Notes under the pieces: model-generated
What the model was told of the DNA's origin: nothing
The model's database searches: none
What the model saw: the letters and a program-made list of their open reading frames with translations, nothing else
Shown: positions 13,188 to 23,951 of the stretch, piece by piece
Layout of the letters: each line of letters opens with the position of its first letter
Position numbering within the stretch: the first letter of the stretch is position 1
Assembly: GCA_030390025.1 (NCBI GenBank)
Contig: CM059425.1
Span: forward strand, 177,880,001 to 177,944,000
Direction: 5' to 3'
Length of the DNA: 64,000 nt
From: Squalus acanthias
Lineage: Eukaryota
Translations under genes and position numbers: made by a program

Positions 13188-13330
13188 CACACAGAAAAAT
13201 GGTGGCTAGGAAGAGACTACCAGCAGCGCAGGAGACACACAGTAAAATGGCGGATCAGAAGAGACTACCAGCAGCGCGGGAGGCACACAGTAAAATGGCG
13301 GATCAGAAGAGACTACCGGCAGCGCGGGAG
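13188..13330 (+). repeat. 3 x 48-bp tandem repeat upstream of the Tigger transposase
   Basis: Unit cacacagtaaaatggcggatcagaagagactaccagcagcgcgggagg at 13188, 13236 and 13284. Confidence 0.95.
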
Positions 13331-14593
13331 AATCAGACTCCTGTTATTGCAGTGTTCGGACTTCCGACAGCGCCAGGAAGCCGAGTAGTGGCACTTTGGA
13401 GAACTGCCCCCACTGACTAACTCGGCGTTCACGGGAGACTCGGACTCTGACTCGGAAACATTGCCGGTTATTTGAGAGGAGTTTTCGGAGTATGAATTTT
13501 GCCGGTTAATAGAGAATTCCGGATATTTAGGTGCCGTTTAAACGAGAGTTTCCTGTAATTCCACTCCCCTGCTCTTTCCCCATAGCTCTGTAAATGTTTT
13601 CCATTCAAATCTCTTTTGAAAGTTACTACTGAATCTTCTTCCACCACCCTTTCAGGCTGTGTATTCCAGATAACAACAACTCGCTGCATAAAAAAATATT
13701 TCCTCATGTCGCCTCTGGTTCTTTTACCAATCACCTTAAATCTGTGTCCTCTGGTTACCGACCCTTCTACCACTGGAAGCATTTTCTCATTATTTACTCT
13801 ATCAAAATTGTTCATTATTTTGAACACCTCTATCAAATCTCCTCTTAACCTTCTCTGCTCTAAGGAGAACAATCCCAGCTTCTCCAGTCTCTCCACATAA
13901 CTGAAGTCCCTCATCTAGGGTACCATTCCAGTAAATCTCTTCTGCACCCTCTCCAAAGCCTTGACATCCTTCGTAAAGTGTGGTGCCCAGAATTAAACAC
14001 AATACTCCAGCTGAGGCCTAGCCAGTGTTTTATAAAGGTTTAGCATAACATACTTGCTTTTGGACACTATTCTTCTATTAATAAAGCCCAGGATCCATAT
14101 GCTTTTTTAACAGCCTGCTCAACCTGTCCCGCCACCTTTGAAAATTTGTGTACATACACCCCCAGGTCTCTCTGTTCCTGCACCCCCTTTAAAATGGTAT
14201 AATTTAGTTCATATTGTCTCACCTCATTCTTCCTACCAAAATGTATCACTTCATACTTCTCTGCGTTAAATTTCATCTGCCATGTGACTCCCCATTTTAC
14301 TAGTCTATGTCCTCCTGAAGTCTGTTACTATCCTCCTTATTGTTTACTACATTTCCGAGTTTTGTATCATCTGCAAACTTTGAAATGATGCTCTGTATAC
14401 CCAAGTCCAGCTCATTAATATATATCAAAAAGAGCAGCGGTCCTACTGCCGACCCCTGGGGAACACCACTGTATACTTCCCTCCAGTCTGAAAAACAACC
14501 ATTCACCACTACTCTCTGCTTTCTGTCCCTTAGCCAATTTTGAATCCAGGCTGCCACTGTCCCTTTAATCCCATGGGCTTTAATTTTGCTAAC

Positions 14594-14924
14594 AAAAAAG
14601 AAAAGAATGACTTGCATTTATATAGCGCCTTTCACGACCACCGGATGTCCCAAATCACTTTACAGCCAATGAAGTACTTTTTGAAGTGTAGTCATTGCTG
14701 TAATGTGGGAAACGCGGCAGCCAATTTGCGCACAGCAAGCTCCCACAAACAGCAATGTGATAATGACCAGATAACCTGTTTTTGTTATGTTGATTGAAGG
14801 AAAAATATTGGCCAGGATACTGGAGATAATTCCCCTGCTCTTCTTCGAAATAGTGCCATGGGATCTTTTACGTCCACTTGAGAGAGCAGACGGGACCTCG
14901 GTTTAACGTCTCATCCGAAAGACG
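14594..14924 (-). mobile_element. Deu-domain SINE (SacSINE1/AmnSINE1-like), 5'-truncated
   Basis: Reverse complement of the 60620-60945 body: CGTCTTTCGGATGAGACGTTAAACCGAGG...GCGCTATATAAATGCAAG plus TTTC tail. Confidence 0.9.
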
Positions 14925-15556
14925 TTAGGCTGACTGGCCTGTAGTTGCCGGGTTTATCCCTCTCCCCTTTTTTAAACAGGGGTGTAACATTTGCAATCCT
15001 CTAGTCCTCTGGTACCACCCCCATATTTAAGGAGGATTGAAAGATTGTGGCCAGAGCTTCAACAATTTCCAACTTACTTCGCTCAGTAACCTAGGATGCA
15101 AGCCATCCGGACCGGGTGACTTTTCTACTTTGAGGACTGCCAACCTTTTGAAGTACATCCTCTTTATCTATTTTTATCCTATCCAATACCATTACTGCCT
15201 CCTCTTTTACTGTTACATTGGCAGCATCCTCTTTTCTCCTGAAGACAGATGCAAAATACTCATTTAGTACCTCGGCCATGCCCTCTATCTCCACAAGAAG
15301 TTCTCCTTTTTGGTCCCTAATTGGCCCCACCCTTCCTTTGACTACTCTTTTAATATTTATGTGTTTATAAAAGACTTTTGGGTTCCCATTTATATAAGCC
15401 ACTAATCCATTCTCATACTCTCTCTTTGCCCCTCTTATTCTCTTTTTTAGATCTCCCCTGTGCTTTCTATATTCAACTTGGTTCTCTACTGTGTTTTGAA
15501 CCTTACAATTGTCATAAACCTCCTGTTTCTGTCTCAGTTTAACCTCTATATCTTTA

Positions 15557-16202
15557 GGGGCAAAAATTGGGTAGCGCCCGCTACCTTCGCCCCGAAAAAG
15601 TTAGTGCCCTCGTGGCCGATTTTACGGGTAGCACCCCGAGAGGGAGGAGGGGTGCTGCGAGCCAATATCGCGGCGTTGTGGTACTGCAGGCCTTCCTCCC
15701 CTTATTAAAGGGGAGGGGCCTGGCGCAGCGCATCCCGGCACCCAGCTGGGCCACCAGGGATCGGGAGTGCCGGCAAACGAGCCCGGCACTCAAGAGGAGT
15801 GCCAGGTTCACGGAGAGCAGCCGGCACCCCGCGGGGGGACTTCATGGGGGCCGGGGACAGCAACGGGGGACAGGTGCTGGCAGGTGCTGGCAGGCGGCCA
15901 GCAACAAAAATGGCCGCCCGCCACCTCCCCTTTAACTAGCGCTGCCCCGGCCACAGCTAGGCTCCCCTGACCCCGGCGGACATAGCGTCCGGCAGCAAGT
16001 TGGGGGCGCCACCCAATGTTATAGCTGGGGCGCTGCGCACGGCGATGACGTCATCGCCGGCGGCGCAGCGTCGCCGCTAACCTCCCGCTGAATTTTGCGG
16101 GAGGTGTTAGCAGCGCTGCGCCCAGGCACTAGTTGATTTGCGCCCCGTTAGCGCCCTCTTAGGACGCTAATGGGAGGTGCAAATCAACCGAATTTAGCCC
16201 CC
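15557..16202. mobile_element. Non-autonomous Harbinger-type MITE
   Basis: TTA at 15554-56 and 16203-05; termini GGGGCAAAAATTGG / CCGAATTTAGCCCCC; removing it restores CR1 sequence. Confidence 0.88.
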
Positions 16203-17635
16203 TTAGTCATCCAGGGAGCTCTAGCTTTGGATGCCCTTCCTTTTCCCCTCTTGGAAACGTGTCTACTCTATACCTGAACCATCTCCTCTTTGAATGCCTC
16301 CCATTCTTCAATTACTGTTTTGGTTACCAATGTTTGATTCCAATTCACCTGGGTTAGATCCCTTTTCAACTCACTGAAGTTAGGTCTCCTCCAGTTAAGT
16401 ATTTTTATACTTGATTTTAACTTGTCCTTTTCAATAACTATCGTAAACCTGATGATATTATGATCACTGTTCCCCAAATACTCTCCCACTGAAACATGCT
16501 CCACTTGCCCCACTTCATTCCACAGAATTGGATCCAGCTCTGCTTCCATCCTCGATGGGCTGGAAACACACTGATCAAGAAAGTTCTCTTGTACACATTT
16601 CAGGAATTCCTTCCTGTCTTTGCCCTTTACACTGTTACTATCCCAGTCTATATTAGGAAAATTGAAGTCCCCCATTATCACTATTCTGTAGTTCTGGCAT
16701 TTTCTGTAATTTGCCAGCAAATTTGCTCCTCTCTCTCCTTCCCACTATTTGGTGGCCTATAGTATACACCCAATAGCATAATACCTCCTCTATTGTTCCT
16801 TAATGTTAACCAACTAGATTCTGTCTTTGACCCCTCAACTACATCATCCCTCTCCAGTGCTATAATAGTTTATTTGATCAAAACTGCCACCCCTCTCCTT
16901 TTTCTCCTTTGCTATCTTTCCTGAATACCTTGTACCTTGTATTAAGTTCCCATTCCTCCCCTTCTTTGAGCCAGTTCTCTGCTCTTGCCATTATATCATA
17001 GTACCATGTTGTGACTTGAGCCTGCAGCTCAATAACCTTATTTACCATGCTACCTGCATTTACACACATGCATTCCAAACCCATCTTAGACTACTTCGCA
17101 TTTGCCCCCTGTCTGTACCCTCCTATTTCTGAACTATTTGTTACTCTAATGCTATTTGCCTGTCCCAGTCCTCTGTGCACCTTGTTTCTCCTCTCTAATG
17201 ATTCATCCTGGTGTCTATCCCTCGGCCAAATTAGTTTAAACCCTCCCCCATAGTACTAGTTTACCTTTCCGCAAGGACATTGGTCCCAGCTCTGTTGAGG
17301 TGTAACCCATCCACCTTAAACGGATCCCTCCTGCCCAGAACTGGTCCCAATGCCCAAGGAATCTGAAGCCCTCTGTTCTGCACCATTTCTCCAGCCTTGC
17401 ATTAACCTGTTTTATCCTACTATTCCTATACTCACTAGCGCATGGCACTGGGAGTAATCCAGAGATTACTACCTTTGAGGCCCTGCTTTTTAACTTCCTC
17501 CCGAGCTCCTGAAACTCTGACACCAGGCCATCAACCATTCTCCTTCCTATGTCATTGGTTCCCACATGGACCACGACTTCTGGCTGTTCCCCTTCCCCCC
17601 TCAAAATGTTTCGCCCCCTCTCAGTGATGTCCTTT

Positions 17636-19302
17636 ATAAGAACATATGAATATATGAATTAGGAGGAGGAGTAGGCCATACGGCCCCTTGAGCCTGCTCT
17701 GCCAGTCAATAAGATCATGGCTGATCTTCAACCTCAACTCAACATCACTAAAACAGATTATCTGGTCATTATCACATTGCTGTTTGTGGGAGATTGCTGT
17801 GCACAATTTGGCTGCTGCATTTCCTACATTACAACAGTGACTACACTTCAAAAGGTACTTCACTGGCTGTCCAGTGGTCGTGAAAGGTGCTATATAAATG
17901 CAAGTCTTTCTTTTTTTTCTTTCAGCTCCACTTTCCCGCCCGATCACTTGATTCCCCTAGAGTCCAAACATCTATCTATCTCAGCCTTGAATATCTGACA
18001 ATTCAGCATCTACAGCCCTTTGGAGCAGAGAATTCCAATGATTCACAGCCCTCTGAGTGAAGAAATTCCTCCTCATCACAGTCTTAAATGTGATGACTGG
18101 TCTCAAGTCTAATGCTCAGACTATGCCCCCCAAGTTTGAGACACTACAGCCAGGGGAAACAACCTCTCAGCATCTATCCTGTCAATCCCCCTCAGAATCT
18201 TATATGTTTCATTGAGATCACCTCTCATTCTTCTAATCTCCAGAGAGTATAGGCCCATTCTACTCAATCTCTTGTCATAGGCAAACCCTCTCATCCCAGG
18301 AATCAATCTAGTGAACCGTTGTTGCACCGCCTCTAAGGCAAGTATATCCTTCTTCAGATAAGGAGGCCAAAACTGCACAGTACTCTAGGTGTAGTCTCAC
18401 CAAAGCCCTGTACAATTGTAGCAAGACTTCTTTACTCTTGTACTCCAACCCCCTTGCAATAAAGGCCAATATGCCATTTGCCTTCCTAATTGCTTGCTGT
18501 ACCTGCAATTTAACTCTCTATGTTTCCTGTACAAGGACACCTAAATCTCCCTGAACACCAACATTTAATAGTTTCTCATCACTTAAAACATATTCTGTTT
18601 TTCTATTCTTCCTACCAAAGTGAACAACCTCACATTTCCCCACTTTATTCTCCATCTGCCACTTTATTGCCCACTCACTTAACCTGTCTATATCCCTTTG
18701 CAGGCTCTTTGTGTCCTCTTCACAGCTTACTTTCCCAACAAGCTTTGTATTATCAGCAAACTTGGATACATTATACTCGGTCCCTTCATCTAAGTTATTA
18801 ATATAGATTGTAAATAGCTGAGGCCCAAGCACTGATCCTTGCTAGTTACAGCCTGCCAACTGAAAAATGACCAGTTTATCCCTACTCTCTGTTTTCTGTC
18901 CATTAACCAATCCTCTATCCATGCTAATGTATTAACCCCAAACCCATGAGCCCTTATCTTGTGTAATAACCTTTTATGTGGCACCTTATCGAATGCCTTT
19001 TGGAAATCCAAATATACTACATTCACTGGTTCCCCTTTATCTACCCTGCTAGTTACATCCTCAAAAAACTCGAATAAATTTGTTAAATATGATTTCCCTT
19101 TCATAAAACCATGTTGACTCTGCCTAATCATGTTATGATTTTCTAAGTGCCCTGTTACCTCTTCCTTCCAGCATTTTCCCAACAACTGATGTCAGGCTAA
19201 CTGGCCTGTAGTTCCCTGTTTTTTCTCTCCCTCCTTTCTTGAATAGCGGGGTTACATTTGCGACCTTCCAATCCACTGGGACCATTCTAGAATCTAGGGA
19301 AT
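17636..19302 (-). mobile_element. 5'-truncated CR1 LINE
   Basis: RT pieces 18121-19185 (YLDFQKAFDKVPH, FADNTK); 3' end ataagaacat...gtaggccatacggcccc. Confidence 0.93.
17741..17921 (+). mobile_element. Deu-SINE 3' part inserted in the CR1 3' UTR
   Basis: aacatcactaaaacagattatctggtc...tatataaatgcaagtctttc. Confidence 0.88.
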
Positions 19303-19599
19303 TACACTGGCACCAGGGTAACAAAATTAACAAACCCAAATCAAAATAGTGGGTGAATGTAATTTTGCTGCAAAAGTTTCTGTGCAATCTAAATTCAGTA
19401 ACAGGAATGAAACAAAACTGCTAACTCTCCCAATAGTGACAGGCAGCTGCAGGGTTTTTGGCTGCAGGGAGCAGACGGTCACCAAAAATGCACCTGTAGT
19501 GGTACAGGTGCCTGTCGGTCCCAACTAAATTAAGACATACACTGAGATTAAGGTAGAAGCAGAAATATCATAAACAAACTTAAAAAAAACTCATTACTT

Positions 19600-19837
19600 T
19601 GTTGAGGCTGCCGCGAAACACAAATGGAGGCTGAATCCATATGTGGAAAACAAGAAACTTTAATTCCACTGCATGGCACAAAATGGCTGCACCGAAAAAA
19701 CCCCAGAATTCTCTGGGCAAACTCTGAGGCCCCACCCACTCCTGCCTTAAAGGTAAGGTGCCTTAAAGGGAAGGCGCTGGATTTTTGTCCACGGACGGAA
19801 GAGTGGATTATGCTCGTTTAGGTGGCGATCCGCCACA
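19600..19837 (-). repeat. 3' LTR of the CsRn1-like element
   Basis: Direct repeat of 23710-23947 (9 mismatches counted by eye); adjacent minus-strand PPT GGGGGGAG at about 19841-19848. Confidence 0.97.
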
Positions 19838-19857
19838 CAGCTCCCCCCAGAATCCGC

Positions 19858-22800
19858 TTAGGAGGTGTGGACGAGACGGTGCGGTGGTCTGATGGGCCGG
19901 CCGGAGCGGCTCTTGTAGGATGCCGGTGGACGTGGATCGGCTGGGCGTGGAGCAGCCGGGTGAACCGGCTTGAGGGCAGGTCGGCCGCGTGGAGGTGGAC
20001 GAGCTACAGGGACCTGCCCACCGGGCTCCGAGTGTGCTGGCTTGAGTCGGTCAACCGACACTTTTTCGGTCCTGTCGCCCACTTGCAGGGTGAAAAATTT
20101 GTCCCCAGCCTGTAGCACCTTGTAGGGCCCATCGTACGGGGGTTGAAGGGGTCCACGGTGGGCGTCGTGCCGGACGAAAACAAACCATGCCTGGTGCAGG
20201 CTTAGTGGGACGTGTGAGGTGGATTCGCCGTGTCGGGCAATGGGCACCGGGGCGAACTGCAGCGCCGGTGAGGCGAAGTCGTGGCGTTGCTGGTCGGCTG
20301 ACCAGGGTGTCGTGGCAGTGGGCAGGAACTCGCCGGGTACGCGCAGCGGCTGACCGTACACGAGCTTTGCTGCCGATGCGTGGAGGTCTTCTTTAACCGC
20401 GGTGCGCAGGCCGAGGAGGACCCACGGAAGTCGGTCGGTCCAGGCGCCGTCCTGGAGGCTGGCTCGAAGAGATGCCTTCAAGGATCCGTGGAACCGCTCA
20501 CACAGTCCGTTGGCTTGGGGGTGGTACGCTGTGGTGCGGTGAATGGTCACCCCGAGATTGCGTGCGACGGCGGTCCAGAGTTCAGAGGTAAATTGCGGAC
20601 CTCTGTCCGACGTCATGTTGGAGGGGACGCCGAACCGTGCGACCCAGGTGCTGACGAAGGCTCTGGCGATGTCGGTGGTGGTGGTAGAGGTCAGTGGAAT
20701 TGCCTTGGGCCAGCTTGTGGTGCGGTCAACGATGGTCAGCAAGTGCGTGTGGCCTTGCGACGGCGGCAGGGGCCCGACGATGTCCACGTGGATGTGGTCG
20801 AATCTCCGCGAGGGGACGGTAAACTCCTCGAGGGGTGCTTTCGTGTGTTGCTGTACCTTGGCCCGTTGGCAGGCTAGGCAGGAGTTGGCCCAAGTGCGCA
20901 CATCCTTGCGAAGGCCGCGCCAGACGAAGCGGTTGGCTACCAATTTGATGGATGCGCGGGCGCCGGGGTGGGAGAGGTTGTGGAGAATGTCGAATACCCG
21001 GCGGCGCCAGGACGCTGGGACGATGGGCCGAGGTTGACATAGGGATATGTCGCACTTGACCGTGACTGCGGTCGGGCCACAGGCGACGTTGGCCAGGCGT
21101 AGCCCTGGTAGGTTGGTGGGTGTGGAGAGCAGATCAGGGTCGGTGATCTGGTCTGCTGCGAGTTGAGCGTAGTCGACTGCCAGGTGTGCGGCGTGGATGG
21201 CGGGGCGAGAAAGGCAGTCGGCTACCACATTGTCTCGGCCGGAGATGTGTTGGATGTCCGTGGTGAACTCGAACACTGCCGCAAGCTGGCGCTGCTGCCT
21301 GGCGAACCAGGGGTCGGTTGTCTTTGCCGTTGCGAATGTCAGGGGCTTGTGGTCGACAAACGCAGTGAAGGGGTGGCCCTCAAGCAAAAACCGGAAATGG
21401 AGGACCGCCAGGAACAGCGCGAGGAATTCGCGGTCGAAGGTGCTGTACTTGACCTCCGGGGGGCGTAGTTGGCGGCTGAAGAAGGCAAGTGGTTGCCAGG
21501 CGCCGTCGACCCACTGCTCATACACGGCGCCGACCGCGTGGTCGGAGGCATCCGTGGTGAGCGCTACCCTGGCATTGGGCCGTGGGTGCGCGAGCAGGGT
21601 GGCGTTGGCGAGCGCGGTCTTGGTGGAGTCGAAGGCGGCGGACGCATCTGCCGTCCATTCGACCGCCATCTTGCCGCTCCTGCCCCGGAGGGCTTCATAC
21701 AGGGGCCTCATGAGGGACGCCGCTTTGGGGATGAAGCGGTTATAGAAATTCACCATCCCGAGGAACTCCTGAAGGCCTTTGATGGTGGTGGGGCGGGGAA
21801 ATTGTTGGACGGCCTGCACCTTGGTGGGCAGGGGAATGGTCCCAGCATGGGTGATGTGGTGGCCGAGAAGTCGATCTTGTCCAGGCCGAACTGGCATTTG
21901 GCTGGGCTGAGGATGAGCCCGTGGTCGCTGAGGCGCCCGAACAGGATGCGAAGGTGTTCGAGGTGTTCCTGCTTGGAGGAACTGGCTACCAGGATGTCGT
22001 CCAGGTAGACGAACAGGAACTTCAGGTCCCGAAGAACCGAGTCCATGAGCCGTTGGAATGCCTGGGCGGCGTTTTTGAGGCCGAAGGGCATCCGCAGGAA
22101 CTCGAACAGGCCGAAGGGGGTGATTACGGCGGTCTTGGGGACGTCCGCGGGGTGGACGGGGACTTGGTGGTAGCCGCGCACCAGGTCGACCTTGGAAAAG
22201 ACTGAGCGGCCGGCCAGTCTAGCTGAGAAGTCCTGAATGTGCGGCACGGGGTACCGATCAGGGCTGGTGGCGTCGTTGAGGCGGCGGTAATCCCCGCAGA
22301 GGCGCCAAACTCCGCCTGGTTTGGGGGCGATGTGGAGTGGGGAGGCCCAGGGACTGTTGGAGCGGCGGATGATGCCGAGCTGTTCCATGGTGGCAAACTC
22401 GGTCCGCGCGATCTCCAGTTTGGTCGGGTCCAGCCTGCGGGCGTGGGCGTACACTGGGGGGCCTGTGGTGGGGATGAAGTGTTCCACCCCGTGTTTGGCG
22501 GCCTCCGCGGAGAAGGTCAGATTGGTAAGGGCCGGGAATTTGGCCAGGAGTGCCGAGTAGTCATCCGTGGCCCGGGCGTGGCACTGTGACGCCATGTCGG
22601 CGGGTTGACGGGGGGCCATGGCGCCCAGGATGGGGGACATGGTGTTCATGTCCACGAGGCGGTGACGAGGGATGTCTACCAGTAGGCCGTGGGCGCACAG
22701 GAAATCTGCGCCAATGAGAGGGGAGAGCACCTTGGCAGTGATGAACTCCCATCGGTAGCGGTGACCAGCGAGGTCGAGGGTGACTGTCCGGGTGCCATAC

Positions 22801-23669
22801 GTCCGGATTTCCGAGCCGTTAGCAGCAGCCAGCGCCGGTCCTCGTTCGCCCTTTTGGATGTCGAGGGAGAAGGCCGGGATGATGCTGTGCTGAGCCCCAG
22901 TGTCGCACAGGAACCGGCGGCCGGTTTTGTCATCCGTAACGAACAGCAGGGAGCCTGCGTGGCCCACGGCCATCGCGGGGGCTGGTACGGGGGCGGACTT
23001 GAAAGAGCAGGGAGGTGTGCACCGTTGTGCCCTGGCGCCGAACCGTGCGTGGTAGTAACAGCGGCCCGGGTTAGTGGGGCGTGAAGGCCCCGTGGGCCTG
23101 GTGGCAGGCCCTTGTGGCTGCGTGCTGGCCGGTGAGGGGCGCGCCCAGGCATTGGCTGCCAGGTCCGGAGTGACGTCGCGGCTGGAGTGAGCGGACAGCA
23201 GCTTGTCGGCCTCATCGGCCAGGGCTTCCAGGTTCGTGAGGCCGGACGCCACGATCGCTGGGCGGATGCTGAGAGGGAGCTGGCGGATGAACAGCGTGCG
23301 GAAGAGGGATCCGGGTGGGCTCTCGTCGGTGAGGGAGAGCATGTGGGAGAGGAGGTCTGACGGTGAGGCATCACCGAGGCCTGGAAGGTCGAGGAGGTGG
23401 CAGTTTCGCTGATATGCCGAGGCCGTAAATTTTTTAAGGAGCGCTGTCCTGAGATGTGCGTACTTGCCTTCCTCTGGTGGGTTCTGCAGCGCTGTCCAAA
23501 CCTTCGAAACTGCGGCGCTACTGAGTGATGTGACGAGATAGTCGTACTTCGTCCCATCTGTGGTGATATTTCGCAGCCGGAAGCGGGATTCAGCTTGGAG
23601 AAACCAGGCTTCGGGCTGGTTTTCCCAAAACTCCGGCAGTTTCACGGAAACTGCATTCGTGTCTGCCAT
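19858..23669 (-). pseudogene. Gag-Pol polyprotein with a single 1-nt frameshift near 21866
   Basis: DTGA protease, YLDD RT, TDAS RNase H, HHCC and D-D-E integrase, GPY motif. ORFs 21750-23669 and 19858-21897 join as KIDF-LGHH if one C is restored. Confidence 0.93.
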
Positions 23670-23696
23670 TGCAGTGCTCGGAATACGTTCTGAGCA

Positions 23697-23708
23697 TCGG
23701 GGTCACCA
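23697..23708 (-). promoter_or_regulatory. Primer-binding site complementary to tRNA-Trp
   Basis: Minus-strand TGGTGACCCCGA one base after the 5' LTR matches the tRNA-Trp 3' end UCGGGGUCACCA. Confidence 0.9.
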
Positions 23709-23709
23709 A

Positions 23710-23947
23710 TGTTGAGGCTGCCGCGAAACACGAATGGAGGCTGAATCCATATGTGGAAAACAAGAAACTTTAATTCCACTGCATGGCACAAAATGGCTGC
23801 ACCGAAAACCCCCCAGAATTCTCTGGGCAAACTCTGAGGCCCCGCCCACTCCTGCCTTATTGGTAAGGTGCCTTAAAGGGAAGGTGCTGGATTTTTGTCC
23901 ACGGACGGAAGAGTGGATAATGCTCATTTAGGTGGCGATCCGCCACA
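23710..23947 (-). repeat. 5' LTR of the CsRn1-like element
   Basis: Direct repeat of 19600-19837, next to the PBS. Confidence 0.97.
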
Positions 23948-23951
23948 ACTT

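Larger units (their letters stand above)
11076..13555 (-). mobile_element. Complete Tigger/pogo (Tc1-mariner) DNA transposon
   Basis: TA at 11074-75 and 13556-57; 26-bp imperfect TIRs CAGGAAACTCT-N9-GGCACC; intact transposase inside. Confidence 0.95.
10985..17635 (-). mobile_element. CR1 LINE (5'-truncated in ORF1) interrupted by a Tigger, a SINE and a MITE
   Basis: Tail tagaatca repeats at 10985; RT pieces 13468-15402; APE 16268-17084; esterase ORF1 17236-17604. Flanks rejoin across the Tigger and the MITE. Confidence 0.92.
19600..23947 (-). mobile_element. Full-length Ty3/Gypsy LTR retrotransposon, CsRn1 clade
   Basis: 238-bp TG..CA LTRs, 4-bp TSD ACTT (19596-99 / 23948-51), tRNA-Trp PBS, PPT, gag-PR-RT-RH-IN order, C-X2-H-X9-C-X3-C Gag knuckle. 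Confidence 0.97.

Noticed and set aside
11379..13190. Domesticated TIGD/JRK-like host gene
   Set aside because: Bounded by TIRs and a TA TSD inside a CR1, so it is a transposon. The track's 13190 start is a non-ATG codon.
13188..13330. CRISPR-like array
   Set aside because: Head-to-tail repeat without unique spacers, eukaryotic context, no cas genes.
21855..21880. Programmed frameshift in the Gypsy pol
   Set aside because: It falls inside RT, has no slippery heptamer and is explained by loss of one C.
20187..23557. Many antisense and overlapping ORFs in the Gypsy interior
   Set aside because: Expected from high GC content; no recognisable domains.
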